A stretch of 64,000 bases of DNA from Anaeromyxobacteraceae bacterium (GCA_047602405.1 JASGHJ010000002.1:1-64000), one strand, 5' to 3'; counted from the first letter of the stretch, positions 30,255 through 41,491 are shown. Program-made: numbers and translations. Notes: generated by a model not told the origin, from the letters alone.

Positions 30255-31318
30255 TCGGCAAGACCACGTTCGCGCAGTTCGTGATCCAGGCCCAGCGCGA
30301 CGCGCCGCAGGCGACGGGCGACCTCTCCGCGCTGCTCCACGACGTCGAGACCGCGGTGAAGGCGATTGCCGCCGAGGTCGGGCGCGGTGCGTGGGGCGAG
30401 CGCCGCGGCGCCGCGGGCACGGTGAACGTGCAGGGCGAGATCCAGCAGAAGCTCGACCTCCTCGCGAACGACCTCGTGCTCTCCGCCTGCGGGTGGGGCG
30501 GCCACCTCGCCGGGATGGCCTCCGAGGAGCTCGCCGGCGTCTCGCCCATCCCCGTGCCACACCGGCGCGGCAAGTACCTGCTCGCCTTCGATCCGCTCGA
30601 CGGCTCGTCCAACGTGGACGTGAACATCACCGTCGGGACCATCTTCTCGATCCTGCGCCGGCCGGGCGGCCCCGGCGACGCGACCGAGGCCGACTTCCTG
30701 CAGCCGGGCAGCGCGCAGGTCGCGGCGGGGTACGCGCTCTACGGGCCGAGCACGATGCTCGTCGTGTCGCTCGGGCGGGGCGTGCACGGCTTCACGCTCG
30801 AGCGCGAGCTCGGCGACTTCGTGCTCACGCACCCCGACCTCACCATCCCGCCGGGGGCGCGCGAGTTCGCCATCAACGCCTCGAACGAGCGCCACTGGGA
30901 GCTCCCGGTCAAGCGCTACGTCGAGGAGTGCCGGGCCGGGAAGGCCGGCCCGCGCGAGGCGGACTTCAGCATGCGCTGGATCGCCTCGTTCGTGGCGGAG
31001 GCGCACCGCATCCTCCTGCGGGGCGGGGTCTTCCTCTACCCGCGCGACACCCGGGACCCTTCCCGGCCGGCGAAGCTCAGGGTCCTCTACGAGGCGGCCC
31101 CGATCGCGTTCCTGATCGAGCAGGCGGGTGGCGCCGCGACCGACGGGCGCACGCGCCTCCTCGACCTCGCGCCGTCGGGCCTGCACGCGCGCGTGCCGGT
31201 CGTCCTCGGCTCGCGCGAGGAGGTGGAGCGCATCGCCCGGTACCACGACGAGCACGACCGCGGCGAGGGCCCGTTCCGCTCGCCGCTGTTCGGGAGCCGC
31301 TCGCTGTTCACGACGTGA
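30251..31318 (+). CDS. cbbF: Class I fructose-1,6-/sedoheptulose-1,7-bisphosphatase
   Basis: [39 protein letters not shown]. Confidence 0.96.
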   Translation: MIGKTTFAQFVIQAQRDAPQATGDLSALLHDVETAVKAIAAEVGRGAWGERRGAAGTVNVQGEIQQKLDLLANDLVLSACGWGGHLAGMASEELAGVSPIPVPHRRGKYLLAFDPLDGSSNVDVNITVGTIFSILRRPGGPGDATEADFLQPGSAQVAAGYALYGPSTMLVVSLGRGVHGFTLERELGDFVLTHPDLTIPPGAREFAINASNERHWELPVKRYVEECRAGKAGPREADFSMRWIASFVAEAHRILLRGGVFLYPRDTRDPSRPAKLRVLYEAAPIAFLIEQAGGAATDGRTRLLDLAPSGLHARVPVVLGSREEVERIARYHDEHDRGEGPFRSPLFGSRSLFTT

Positions 31319-31346
31319 CTCGCACGCAGCCCTCGGGAGGACCGCC

Positions 31347-32222
31347 ATGTCGATCCGCCACCCCATCGTCGCCGTGACCGGCAGCTCCGGCGCGGGCACC
31401 ACCTCGGTGACCCGGACCTTCTCGCACATCTTCATGCGCGAGAAGATTGACGCCGCCATCGTGGAGGGCGACGCCTTCCACCGCTTCGACCGCGCCGGGA
31501 TGCGCGTCGCGATGGCCGAGGCCGAGCAGGCCGGCAACCGGCACTACAGCCACTTCGGTCCGGAGGCGAACCTCTTCGAGGAGCTCGCCACGCTCTTCCG
31601 TGCCTACGGCGAGGCCGGCACCGGGCGCACGCGCAAGTACCTCCACGACGAGGTCGAGGCGGCGCCGTTCGCGCAGAAGCCGGGCACCTTCACGCCCTGG
31701 GAGGACGTCCGCCCCGGCACCGACCTCCTCTTCTACGAGGGGCTGCACGGCGGCGTCGCGACCGAGAAGATCGACGTGGCCCGGCACGTGGACCTCCTCG
31801 TCGGCGTCGTGCCGACCGTGAACCTCGAGTGGATCCAGAAGATCGACCGGGACAAGGCGACCCGCGGGTACTCCACCGAGGCGGTGGTCGACACGATCCT
31901 GCGCCGCATGCCGGACTACGTGAACTACATCTGCCCGCAGTTCTCGCGCGCCCACGTGAACTTCCAGCGGGTGCCCACGGTCGACACCTCGAACCCGTTC
32001 ATCGCGCGCGACATCCCCACCGCCGACGAGAGCTTCCTCGTGGTGCGCTTCCGCGACCCGAAGGGCATCGACTTCCCGTACCTGCTCACCATGCTCCACG
32101 ACTCCTTCATGTCGCGGCCGAACTCGATCGTGATCCCCGGCGGGAAGATGCCGCTCGCGATGCAGCTCATCTTCACGCCGATGATCCTGCAGCTCGTCGA
32201 CCGCAAGCGGAGGGCGGCGTGA
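31347..32222 (+). CDS. cbbP: Phosphoribulokinase (proteobacterial type)
   Basis: AVTGSSGAGTT; YEGLHG; NLEWIQKI; FQRVPTVDTSNPF. Confidence 0.97.
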   Translation: MSIRHPIVAVTGSSGAGTTSVTRTFSHIFMREKIDAAIVEGDAFHRFDRAGMRVAMAEAEQAGNRHYSHFGPEANLFEELATLFRAYGEAGTGRTRKYLHDEVEAAPFAQKPGTFTPWEDVRPGTDLLFYEGLHGGVATEKIDVARHVDLLVGVVPTVNLEWIQKIDRDKATRGYSTEAVVDTILRRMPDYVNYICPQFSRAHVNFQRVPTVDTSNPFIARDIPTADESFLVVRFRDPKGIDFPYLLTMLHDSFMSRPNSIVIPGGKMPLAMQLIFTPMILQLVDRKRRAA

Positions 32223-32385
32223 GCCGCCCTGCGTCACGTCGCGTGCACCGTGAAGGCGGTACAGCGCTGACGGAGGTGCCTGGATTTCCAGAGGCTTGAC
32301 CCTGTGCGCGCGGCGCAATGCCGCACCCCCGCGTCCCTTGTGGCCGCCCGCCCGGCTGGTACGCTCGGTGGACCTGGGGGCTTCC

Positions 32386-33331
32386 ATGAGAGCGCCGTTC
32401 GCCGCCGCGCTGGCCTTCACCCTGGCCTGCGCCACCACACCCGCGACACCGCCGCAGTCCGCGAAGCAGGCGTGGCCCGACGCCCGCCCGGCGCCGCAGC
32501 CGGGCGCCTCGGCCACCGCCACGCCCGCCCCGGGCACGGCCCCGGCCGCCGACGGTCGCGCCGCCGCCGCGGCCGCGTCCCAGCGCCGCTTCGACGCGAA
32601 CCCGGCCGCGTGGTCGGCGTCGCTGAAGACGCCCGCGGAGTGCGAGGCCGCCGCCCGTCAGAATCCGGGCCCTGGCGCCCGAGTCCGGCTGGCGCGCGCT
32701 CCGGACCTGCTCGCAGAAGCCCGAGTTCAAGGTCTTCAAGCGGCTCAACGACGGCTTCTGGGACGCCGACCTCCGCGTGCGCCCCGACGCGCCGCTCGTG
32801 CTCGGCGCGGCGCTCGCCTCCCGCGGCGGCGACCTCGGCAACGACCTCGCCTCGCTCCGCAAGCGGAAGATCCCGGTCTTCACGCTCGAGACCGCGACGT
32901 CGTACCCCGACGTCTACAAGGGCCGGCAGATCGTCTTCGTCGCGCGGGTCGACACGCTCGAGCCCGACCGCGGCAGCATGCTGGTGACGCTCTCCGAGCA
33001 GGCGCTCATGGCGCGCAGCTCGGGGCAGACGACCGAGTGGAAGGGCGACTCGTACCGCGGCCAGGACTCCCACGGCCGCAACTTCGCGATCGAGAGCAAC
33101 GAGTACGGTCACTACGAGTCGAAGACCCGCTACTCGAACAACCTCGAGGAGACGGGCACGGTCGTGCAGGCGCGGCTCGCGAAGCCCGACCCGTTCTTCG
33201 AGCCCGGCCGCTCGTACCTGATCGTGGCGCGCTTCGGCGGCCTGAAGCAGGCCGAGAACGGGGAGAACGGCTCGCCCGTCGTGACGATCGACGGCTACTA
33301 CGAGCTCGGGACGCACGACCTGCTGGAGTAG
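32386..33331 (+). CDS. Hypothetical lipoprotein with an apparent +1 frameshift at ~32662
   Basis: Lipobox TLAC; ...ECEAAARQ then an extra A; next frame continues IRALAPESGWRALRTC... Confidence 0.65.
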
Positions 33332-33359
33332 CGGGCGCTCTCGGCCGGGCGTCGACAAA

Positions 33360-33410
33360 CCGTTCGTCCTGAGCGTAGCCGCCGCGGAGCGGCGGCGGAG
33401 TCGAAGGGCG
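33360..33410 (+). repeat. REP-like element, family A
   Basis: CCGTTCGTCCTGAGCGTAG-[hairpin]-CGGAGTCGAAGGGCG. Confidence 0.85.
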
Positions 33411-33428
33411 AGGGACGATCCAGGAACG

Positions 33429-33462
33429 ACGACGGGCGCGCCCTCGCGGACGCGCCCGTCGT
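33429..33462. terminator. Hairpin between convergent genes (probable bidirectional terminator)
   Basis: ACGACGGGCGCG / CGCGCCCGTCGT 12-bp stem. Confidence 0.6.
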
Positions 33463-33481
33463 GCTTTCGAGGACCGAGCGC

Positions 33482-33748
33482 CTAGCGCAGCGTCCGGGTC
33501 TGCCCGGCCGGGAGGTTCGCCTTCTCCTTGTCGAACTTGCCGACGAGGGCGTCGCGGACCGAGCGGTCGAAGCGGACCTTGCCGGTCGCGATCTCGCGCA
33601 GCGAGAGGACCGGCGGCTTGTTCTTGGTGTTCGGCTGCAGTGGGCGCGCGCCGGCCATGAGCTGGCGGGTGCGCTTCGTCGCGAGCAGCACGAGCGCGAA
33701 GCGGTTGTCCACCATGGGCAGGCAGTCTTCGACGGTGACGCGGGCCAT
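33482..33748 (-). CDS. rpoZ: RNA polymerase omega subunit
   Basis: [10 protein letters not shown]...[16 protein letters not shown]...[11 protein letters not shown]. Confidence 0.97.
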   Translation of the reverse strand: MARVTVEDCLPMVDNRFALVLLATKRTRQLMAGARPLQPNTKNKPPVLSLREIATGKVRFDRSVRDALVGKFDKEKANLPAGQTRTLR

Positions 33749-33888
33749 TGAAAGTCCTCTCGAAGTACCCGGGATCACTGGGGACGACGGTCCCGAACCG
33801 ATCCAGGGTTGCGGAACATAAGGGGAAAGGGGCGGGAGGTCAACCGGGGCGGCGCGGGCCCGCCTCGAGGCAGGTCCCACTCCTGTCA

Positions 33889-33930
33889 GCCCCGAGCGTA
33901 GCCCGGCGCCGGCGGGCGGAGACGAGGGGC
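33889..33930 (+). repeat. REP-like element, family A
   Basis: GCCCCGAGCGTAG-[hairpin]-CGGAGACGAGGGGC. Confidence 0.75.
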
Positions 33931-33971
33931 GGCTCGGGCCGGCACGGGCTCCCGAGCCAGGCGGTCGCCTT

Positions 33972-34127
33972 GTTCCCGCTCATCCTGAGGCCGGGCGGTC
34001 CGCTCGTTCCCGCTCATCCTGGGCCGGGCGGTCCGCTCGTTCCCGCTCATCCTGAGGCCGGGCGGTCCGCTCGTTCCCGCTCATCCTGAGCGTAGGCCTG
34101 CCGGAGGCAGGCCGGAGTCGAAGGATG
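33972..34127 (+). repeat. Three 33-34-bp tandem repeats ending in a full family-A REP
   Basis: GTTCCCGCTCATCCTGAGGCCGGGCGGTCCGCTC x3, then GTTCCCGCTCATCCTGAGCGTAG-[hairpin]-CGGAGTCGAAGGATG. Confidence 0.9.
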
Positions 34128-34368
34128 CGCCCCCTCTCGGTGTGGGGATCCGCGGCGGGCGCATGGCGGGGTCGAGGGTCGCGACCGCACCACGGTGAGG
34201 CAGTTGTGAGGGGGAAGGGTCGGCTGGGTTGCCGCGTGGGCGGCGGTCGCGCCAGGCGAGCAGTGACTGTGGGTGAACCCATCAGGGACGCGCACGCCGA
34301 TGGACAAGTTCACCTCGCGTGTTATGGTTCTGAACGGGCGTTCACGTCCCGGCTGAGCGAGGTGAGCC

Positions 34369-35640
34369 ATGCGGAATCCGAAGATGATGAAGCTGCACGA
34401 GGAGATCGGAACGCTGATCGACGGGGAGCGGCACCGGCTCGTCGAGCTCCTGCGGAAGCTCGACGTCCTCGACCGGGAGCGGGGCTACTGCGAGTTCAAC
34501 TGCGGCTCGACGTGGGAGTACCTGACGAAGGTGTGGCACCTCTGCGAGGGGACGGCCTCGGGGCGGACCACCTCGATGCGGCTCCTCCGGCGGTTCCCAC
34601 GGCTCGAGGCGGAGCTCGCGAGCGGACGGCTGAATCCCACCCAGCTCCTCGTGCTCGCGTCGGTGCTGACGCCCGACAACTTCGATGAGCTCGTCTCGAA
34701 GTCGGCCTGGCTCTCGAAGCGGAAGACGCTGGAGCTCGTGGTCGCCGTCAAGCCGCGGGATGTGCCCGCGGATGGGATCCGGAAGCTGCCGCGGGTCGCG
34801 GTCATCGAGCCGGCGCTGATCGCGGCCGCAGTTCCGCATACGGCCATCATCACCGCGAGGACGACCGTACCCGTTCAGGTGAATTCACAATGTCCGGACA
34901 TTGTAAACTTCGCGAACGAAGTCGCGCCGGCCCTTTCGCTCACCGCACCCGAGGCCACGGCTCCGGTCGCTCCGCCTCGCCTCGCTGCCGCGCGTCTTCC
35001 CGACCGCGGCGAGGTCGTGCCGGTCGCGAAGGACGAGTTCCAGCTCCGGGCGCACATGGACGAGGAGACGAACCGGCTGTTCGAAGAGCTCGCGGGGCTG
35101 CTCGCGAACGTCGTGCCGGACCGCGCGCCGGCGAAGCTCCTCGCGATCATGGTCCGGGACTCGCTCGAGGCACAGAAGCGGAAGCGCGGGCTGCTGAAGC
35201 CGATGCGTCCACGGAAGGCGGCGCCGGCGAAGGAGCCGACGCCGGGGATCCGGCAGCCGGTCGCGGCGGAGGTGCGGCGGGCGGTGCTCGAGCGGGATGG
35301 GTACCGGTGCAGGTTCGGGGAGGAGGAGGGGCATCGCTGCGAGGCCACCGACAATCTGACGATGGAGCACAAGGACGGGGCGCTCGTGACGGGGTCGTCC
35401 ACCGTCGATGAGCTCCTCACCTACTGCTTCCCGCACAACCTCTACGCGGCGTTCCTCAAGTTCGGGCCGGAGTTCATGCTGCGGAAGATCGAGGAGGCGC
35501 GGGCGGAGCGGGCAGCGAAGGGAGGGGGCGCGTTCGAGGCCCCGGCGAGCGACGACGCGCCTCGGGATCCGGTCGCAGGGGAGGAGGTCGCGGAGTATGG
35601 CTCCATCGGCTGCGGGCGTATCTGGAAGACCGCGGCCTGA
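34369..35640 (+). CDS. DUF222-like protein with C-terminal HNH-like domain
   Basis: VRRAVLERDGYRC...C...EH...CFPHN; N-terminal helical region with LASGRLNPTQL. Confidence 0.75.
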   Translation: MRNPKMMKLHEEIGTLIDGERHRLVELLRKLDVLDRERGYCEFNCGSTWEYLTKVWHLCEGTASGRTTSMRLLRRFPRLEAELASGRLNPTQLLVLASVLTPDNFDELVSKSAWLSKRKTLELVVAVKPRDVPADGIRKLPRVAVIEPALIAAAVPHTAIITARTTVPVQVNSQCPDIVNFANEVAPALSLTAPEATAPVAPPRLAAARLPDRGEVVPVAKDEFQLRAHMDEETNRLFEELAGLLANVVPDRAPAKLLAIMVRDSLEAQKRKRGLLKPMRPRKAAPAKEPTPGIRQPVAAEVRRAVLERDGYRCRFGEEEGHRCEATDNLTMEHKDGALVTGSSTVDELLTYCFPHNLYAAFLKFGPEFMLRKIEEARAERAAKGGGAFEAPASDDAPRDPVAGEEVAEYGSIGCGRIWKTAA

Positions 35641-35652
35641 CGGCCGCGGTGC

Positions 35653-37020
35653 TCAGTTCGACGGCTCCAGCGCCTCCGGCTTCGTCGCGAGGCCGGTGAG
35701 CTTGTCGGCGGCGATCGCGAAGACGCGGCCGGCGGCGCCCTGCAGCAGCACCTCGCCGGCCTTCGGCTTGCCGATGGCGACGCGGCCGAGCTCGGCGTTC
35801 GAGGCGTCGTGGAGGACGTAGGTGATGGCGACGGGGCCGGGGCTCTTCGCGGCGTCGACGATGCGGTCGGCCTCGAGCGCGGCGAGGGACCAGGCGAGGC
35901 TCTGGGCCTTCCAGGCGTCGAGGGGGCGCGTGGTGGGGGACGTGAGGGTCCAGAGGTCGGGCAGGCCGTGGCCGGCGGGCTTGCGGCCGAGGGTGAAGGG
36001 CGGGGCGCCGTGCGGCTCGACGCGCACCGAGGCGATCTTCTCGCGGTCGACGCCGGGCAGGACGCGGCGGTCGCGGAGCGGGGTCGCGCCGTCCGCCAGC
36101 GCGGCCAGCGCGGTTGCGGGGACGCGCGCGAGCGACCGCTCCTCCGAGCTCGCGACGAGGAGCGGACCGTCGGGGTCGGCGGGGGACTTCCAGGCGCGCA
36201 GGCGCTGCTCGGCGCCGGTGCGGAGCTTCACCGTCGCCTCGTACAGCGGCTTCGTCGCCGGTGGCGTCCCGTCCTCGAACGCGGTGGCGCGCAGGTCGCG
36301 GAGCGCGGCGACGAGGTCCTCGGCGTGGCGGGCGTCGGCGGGCTCCTTCACGGGGGCGGTGAGGCGCCAGGCAACTTCGGCGCCGGACGGCGCCTGCGCG
36401 AGCGCCACCATCCCCGCGGGCGAGGTGACCTCGACGGCGGCGACGCCGGCGGGCTCGAAGCGCAGGAGCCGGCGCTCGCGGAGCTCGAAGGCGTTCTTCT
36501 CGAGGTCGAGGCGCTGGCGGCCGTCCACGACGAAGACCTCGCCGCTCGCGGGCTGCACGAACATGGTGCCGTCGAAGCGGTTGTCGCCGCCGATCGCGAC
36601 CGAGATCGTCTTCCCGTCCGCGAGGCCGACCTCGAAGCGAGCGGTGGGCGCGTCGAGGCCGTAGTCGGCGAGCGCCGCGGCGGAGAGCCCGGCGGCCGCG
36701 CTCTGGGCGCGCCGCTCCAGCCCGGCGAGCCGCGAGAGGAGCGCCTCGACCTCCCTCGCGTCCGCGGCCGCCTGCACGGGGGCCGTCATCCGCCACGCGC
36801 CGCCGGCCTGCTTCTCGAGGCGCACGTCCTCGTCCTTCGCGCGGACGCGCAGGCTCACCGCCCGGGCCGGCTCGAACGCGAGGAAGCGCTTCGCGCGCGC
36901 GGCGGCCTCCTTCTCGGCGGGCTCCCGCCGCGCGAAGAACCAGTACCCGACGCCGCCCGCGCCGGCGGTGACCGCGACGAGGAGCAGCGAGGCGAGGGCG
37001 AGGCGCGAGCGGGCGTTCAC
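35653..37020 (-). CDS. DUF4340 domain protein
   Basis: N-terminal TM; WRMTAPV..AD; LADYGLDAP; last gene of the Gld-like ABC operon. Confidence 0.8.
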   Translation of the reverse strand: MNARSRLALASLLLVAVTAGAGGVGYWFFARREPAEKEAAARAKRFLAFEPARAVSLRVRAKDEDVRLEKQAGGAWRMTAPVQAAADAREVEALLSRLAGLERRAQSAAAGLSAAALADYGLDAPTARFEVGLADGKTISVAIGGDNRFDGTMFVQPASGEVFVVDGRQRLDLEKNAFELRERRLLRFEPAGVAAVEVTSPAGMVALAQAPSGAEVAWRLTAPVKEPADARHAEDLVAALRDLRATAFEDGTPPATKPLYEATVKLRTGAEQRLRAWKSPADPDGPLLVASSEERSLARVPATALAALADGATPLRDRRVLPGVDREKIASVRVEPHGAPPFTLGRKPAGHGLPDLWTLTSPTTRPLDAWKAQSLAWSLAALEADRIVDAAKSPGPVAITYVLHDASNAELGRVAIGKPKAGEVLLQGAAGRVFAIAADKLTGLATKPEALEPSN

Positions 37021-37066
37021 GGTCGGAGGCTCCAGGCGCGAGCGGACGGCAAGGGTAGGTTGCTCC

Positions 37067-38653
37067 TCAGCGCGACCGGCGCAGCTGCCAGATCACGAGC
37101 CCGAGCCCGAGCAGCGCCACGGGCAGGGCGTCGAGGGTGACGAAGCGGACGGCGGCGAGCTGGCCCGCGGAGAGCACGAGCCGCGTGCCCTCCCGGCCCT
37201 TCGGCCGGATGACGATGCGGTCGGCCTGCTCGCCGAGCCAGGCGACGCCGTTCAGGAAGAAGTCGAGGTTGCCGAGGACCTGGGCGTAGCGGTCGTCCAT
37301 GAACTCGGCGTCCCCTGCCACCACCAGGCGGCCTTCGGGGCCGCTCGCGCCCGGTTGCGCTCCTCCGGCCTGCGCCGCCGCGCCGCCCGCGGCCGGCGCG
37401 CGGCGGTAGGCCGCCATCGCCATCGGCAACGGCCCGCTTCTCTCGCCATCCCCGAGCTGCGCCTGCCCGGTCCTGTCGAGCCCCTCGAGGTCGGTCTCCC
37501 CCCACGCCTCGCGGGTCGAGAGCACGAGCGGCTGCGCCCGGGGCACGCCGGGCGCCGTGTTGAGCGCGACGAGCGAGCGCGCGGTCGGGAAGACCACGTT
37601 GAGCTGCCCCATCCGCTCCGAGATCGGGTGCCCCGGCGCGGGCACGCCGACCGGGTTCGCGGGCGACCCTCCGAAGAGCTGCGAGGCCTGGCCCGGGTCG
37701 AGGACGACGTCGTCGTCGGCCTCCACGCCGAACGCCGCGAGCAGCCCGTCGAGCCCGGCGTCCACGCCCGGCTCGAGGTAGACGCCGAGCTTCCCACCGC
37801 GGTCGGCGTAGGCGAGGAGCGCCTTCAGCTCCGGCTCGAGCACCTTCTTGCGCGGGCCGATCACGAGCACCGCGTTCGCGTCGGCGGGCACGTCCTTCTG
37901 CTCGAGGAGCGACAGCGGCTCCACCGTGAACCCGTCGCGGCGCATGCCCTCGGCCGCCCCGGAGATCGCGCGGTCGCTGCCGGGCTTCAGGCCGGGCTCG
38001 CCGTGCCCCTGCAGCACGTAGACCTTCTTCGCGGCGCCGCGGGTGAGCTCGACGAGCCCGTTCGTCAGCGCCTCCTCGGTGGGCGCGCCGACGCGGACCT
38101 TCCGCTCGCCGCCGACGAGCACGATGCGCGGGCCGCCGTCGGTGATCTCGTGGCGCTTCACGAGCTCGGGCGCGGCGTAGGGGTCGACGACGCGGAACGT
38201 GAAGCGGCGCGAGAGGTCGGCGTACCGCCGGAGCAGCGTGCGGGCGGGCTCCACGTCCTGCTCGTCGGCCCGGTAGAAGGCGAGCGCCTCGACGTCGGTG
38301 GAGAGGCCGGCGAGCGTGCGGCGGGTGTCGTCGGAGAGCGTGTAGAGCCGGTCCTTCGTGAGGTCGAGCGTGACCGGGTGGGTGGTCGCGGCCCAGTTCG
38401 CGCCGGCGAGCAGCGCCGCGAGCGCGAGGCCGGCCACCGTGGTGAAGCCGCCGAAGGTGGTGCCGCGGCCGGTGAAGAAGCGGCGCGCGCCGCCGGCGCC
38501 GGCGAGCGCGAGGGCGCCCCCGAGCGCGAGCGCGGCGAGGAGGAGCTTCCCCGCGAGCAGGCCGCCGCCGCCGAGGAGCCAGGTGACGGGGGCGCTCGCG
38601 GCGAGGAGGAGGCCCAGCGTGGCGAGGACGCGGGCGAGGGCGGTGCGGGACAT
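37067..38653 (-). CDS. GldG-like ABC auxiliary component
   Basis: DLTKDRLYTLS; YVLQGHGEP; RLVVAGDAEF; NLDFFLNGVAWL. Confidence 0.88.
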   Translation of the reverse strand: MSRTALARVLATLGLLLAASAPVTWLLGGGGLLAGKLLLAALALGGALALAGAGGARRFFTGRGTTFGGFTTVAGLALAALLAGANWAATTHPVTLDLTKDRLYTLSDDTRRTLAGLSTDVEALAFYRADEQDVEPARTLLRRYADLSRRFTFRVVDPYAAPELVKRHEITDGGPRIVLVGGERKVRVGAPTEEALTNGLVELTRGAAKKVYVLQGHGEPGLKPGSDRAISGAAEGMRRDGFTVEPLSLLEQKDVPADANAVLVIGPRKKVLEPELKALLAYADRGGKLGVYLEPGVDAGLDGLLAAFGVEADDDVVLDPGQASQLFGGSPANPVGVPAPGHPISERMGQLNVVFPTARSLVALNTAPGVPRAQPLVLSTREAWGETDLEGLDRTGQAQLGDGERSGPLPMAMAAYRRAPAAGGAAAQAGGAQPGASGPEGRLVVAGDAEFMDDRYAQVLGNLDFFLNGVAWLGEQADRIVIRPKGREGTRLVLSAGQLAAVRFVTLDALPVALLGLGLVIWQLRRSR

Positions 38654-38667
38654 GGTCGGCCTCACCC

Positions 38668-39459
38668 TCACGCCCAGCGGTGGGCCTCCACCGACCGCTC
38701 GGCGAGGAAGAGCGCGAGCGCGGTGAAGGACAGGTAGTAGGTGACGTCGGCGAGGGCGATGCGCCCCTCGAGGAAGCCGGAGAGGCGCTGCGAGGACGAG
38801 AGCGCGGCCGCGAGCTCCCGGCCCGGCCCCTCGACGCCGATGGCGAAGAGCGAGATTGCCCAGAGCGCGAGGAGGAGCACGAGCGAGAGGAGCGCCGAGA
38901 CGATCACCGACTCGGTCACCGACGAGAAGAAGAGCCCGACCGCGGTCGACATCATCCCGAGGAGCAGGAGCCCGAGGAGCCCGGTGCCCACGGTCTGCCA
39001 CTCGACGCCCGCGCCGCCGGAGGGGCCGCGCCCGGCGATCGCGAGCACGGCCGGGAAGACCGCGATGACGAGGAGCGCCGCCGCGACGACGGCCAGCACG
39101 GCGAGCCACTTCCCGAGCACGATCGACACCGGGCGCACCGGGGAGGTGAGGAGGAGCTCGAGCGTGCCGGTGCGCTTCTCCTCGGCGACGAGCCGCATGG
39201 TGAGGAACGGGGCGACGATGACGAGGAAGATGGCGACGGAGCCGAGCGTGGGCACGACCACGCGGTCGGTGAGGTTGAGCTGGTCGGCGGCCTCGGGCGC
39301 GAAGGTCGCGGCGCGGAGCGCGAGGAACCGGAACGCGTCGAGCGCGCCGTTCGCGAACTGCGCGGCGAAGAACGCCACCACCGCGAGCATCACGTAGGCG
39401 GTGGGGGTGGTGAAGTGGACCTCGAGCTCCTTGCGGGCAATGGCGAGGGTCGCGCGCAT
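38668..39459 (-). CDS. ABC-2 permease (GldF-like)
   Basis: IARKELEVHFTTP; TMRLVAEEKRTGTLELLLTSP; IVLGK. Confidence 0.9.
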   Translation of the reverse strand: MRATLAIARKELEVHFTTPTAYVMLAVVAFFAAQFANGALDAFRFLALRAATFAPEAADQLNLTDRVVVPTLGSVAIFLVIVAPFLTMRLVAEEKRTGTLELLLTSPVRPVSIVLGKWLAVLAVVAAALLVIAVFPAVLAIAGRGPSGGAGVEWQTVGTGLLGLLLLGMMSTAVGLFFSSVTESVIVSALLSLVLLLALWAISLFAIGVEGPGRELAAALSSSQRLSGFLEGRIALADVTYYLSFTALALFLAERSVEAHRWA

Positions 39460-39460
39460 G

Positions 39461-40247
39461 TCAGGGCTGGCCTTCGATGGGGAGGGGACCCGTGGCGCTT
39501 CGCGCCACGGGTGCGAGGAGCTTCGCGTAGATGTCCTCGAGGAAGGCGAGGTCGTCGAGCGTCACCGCCCGGCCGGGCTGGTGCTTCGCGATGAGCCCCT
39601 CGAGCGTGTCGAAGTCGACGAGCCGGCCGCGGTCGATGACGAGCACCTTGTGGCAGGCGAGGGCGACCTCCGAGAGGATGTGCGTCGAGAGGAGCACGGT
39701 GTGCTCGCCCGCGAGCCCCTTCACGAGCGCGCGCACCTCGCGGATTCTGGAGCGGGTCGAGGCCGACGGTCGGCTCGTCGAGCACCAGCACCGGCGGATC
39801 GCCGAGGAGCGCCTGCGCGAGGCCGCAGCGCTGCCGGTAGCCCTTCGAGAGGTTCGCGATGGGGCGGCCCAGCGCCGCCGTGAGCCCCGTGCGCTCCGCG
39901 ACCCGCTCGACCTCGGCGGCGACCCCGCGGCGCCCGACGCCCTTCAGCTCCGCGCAGAACCTGAGGTAGCTCCGCAACGAGAGGTCCGGGTAGACGGGCG
40001 GCGTCTCGGGCAGGTAGCCGACCCGGCGCTTCACCTCGAGCGGCTGCTCGAAGACGTCGAAGCCGGCCACGCGGGCCGTGCCGGCGCTCGCGGGCAGGTA
40101 GCCGGTCAGCATGCGCATCGTGGAGGACTTCCCGGCGCCGTTCGGGCCGAGGAAGCCGACGATCTCGCCCTTCGCGACGGCGAAGGAGAGCCGGTCGACC
40201 GCCACGACGTCGCGGTACCGGCGGGTGAGCTCCGTGGCCTCGATCAT
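39461..40247 (-). CDS. ABC ATP-binding protein (GldA-like) with an apparent +1 frameshift at ~39746
   Basis: GPNGAGKS, LSKGYRQR, LDEPTVGLDPLQ; the H-loop part (LLSTHILSEV) lies in the adjacent frame. Confidence 0.88.
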
Positions 40248-40333
40248 GGGTGGCCTGAGCCTAGGAGCGCTCCGCCCGCTGTCAAGGAGCGGGAGCTTGA
40301 TGGGGGGACCCTCCGGGGAGAGACTCCCCGCCC

Positions 40334-41491
40334 ATGAGCGTGGTGGTCCAGAAGTACGGCGGCTCCTCGGTCGCCGACGTCGAGAAGATCGGGCGGGTGG
40401 CCGACAAGGTCGCGGCCGCGCGCCGCGAGGGGCGGGACGTCTGCGTGGTGGTGAGCGCCATGGGCGACACCACCGACGAGCTGCTCCAGCTGGCGAAGAA
40501 GGTGTCGCTCGCGCCGCCCCGGCGCGAGCTCGACATGCTCCTCTCGGCGGGCGAGCGCATCTCGATGGCGCTCCTCTCGATGGCGCTGCAGGAGCGCGGC
40601 GTCGCCGCGATCAGCTTCACCGGCAGCCAGTCGGGCATCATCACCTCCGACGCCCACGCCGCCGCGCGCATCCTCGAGGTGCGGCCGTTCCGCGTGCAGG
40701 AGGAGCTCGGGCGCGGGAAGGTGGTCATCGTCGCCGGCTACCAGGGCGTCTCCACGAAGAAGGAGGTCACCACCCTCGGCCGCGGCGGATCGGACACGAC
40801 CGCGGTGGCGCTCGCGGCGGCGCTCGGCGGCGACTGCGAGATCTACTCCGACGTGGCGGGCGTGTTCACCGCCGACCCGCGCGTCGTCCCCGACGCCCGG
40901 CGGCTCGACGCGCTCTCCTACGACGAGATGCAGGAGCTCGCCGCGGCCGGCGCGAAGGTGCTGAACGCCCAGGCGGTCGAGTTCGCGAAGGAGCGCGGCA
41001 TCGCCATCCACGCCCGCTCGACCTTCGGCGGCGCGGAGGAGACGGTGGTGAAGGGCGGCGCGTTCCCGGAGCGCATCGCCGGCGTCGCCACGCAGCGGGA
41101 GCTCGCGCTCGTCGAGCTGCCGCAGGCCGCGCTCGGCGAGGTCCTCGCGATCCTGGAGAAGCGCGGCGCGATCGCCGCGGAGATCGCGAGCCCGGGCGTG
41201 CGGGCGGGGCTCGTGCTCCAGCTCGAGAACGTGCACGACTGGCCGCTGCTCAAGGCGGCGCTCGCCGCGATCCCCGGCGTCGCGGTCGAGGACGAGCGCA
41301 TCGGCTCGGTCTCGGTCGTCGGCACCGGGCTCTCCGCGGGCCACCGCGTGGTCCGCGAGGTGACCGCGGTGCTCGAAGGGCTCGGCGCTCCGCCGCGCGC
41401 GGTCTTCACCTCCGCGCTGCGCGTGACGGCCTACGCGAAGGCCGCCGCGGTGGCGGACGCCGCGCGCGAGCTGCACCGGCGGCTCGCCTGA
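40334..41491 (+). CDS. lysC: Aspartate kinase
   Basis: [33 protein letters not shown]-terminal ACT-like region. Confidence 0.95.
   Translation: MSVVVQKYGGSSVADVEKIGRVADKVAAARREGRDVCVVVSAMGDTTDELLQLAKKVSLAPPRRELDMLLSAGERISMALLSMALQERGVAAISFTGSQSGIITSDAHAAARILEVRPFRVQEELGRGKVVIVAGYQGVSTKKEVTTLGRGGSDTTAVALAAALGGDCEIYSDVAGVFTADPRVVPDARRLDALSYDEMQELAAAGAKVLNAQAVEFAKERGIAIHARSTFGGAEETVVKGGAFPERIAGVATQRELALVELPQAALGEVLAILEKRGAIAAEIASPGVRAGLVLQLENVHDWPLLKAALAAIPGVAVEDERIGSVSVVGTGLSAGHRVVREVTAVLEGLGAPPRAVFTSALRVTAYAKAAAVADAARELHRRLA

Noticed and set aside
33972..34127. CRISPR array
   Set aside because: The 34-bp units are directly adjacent with no unique spacers, and no cas genes are present.
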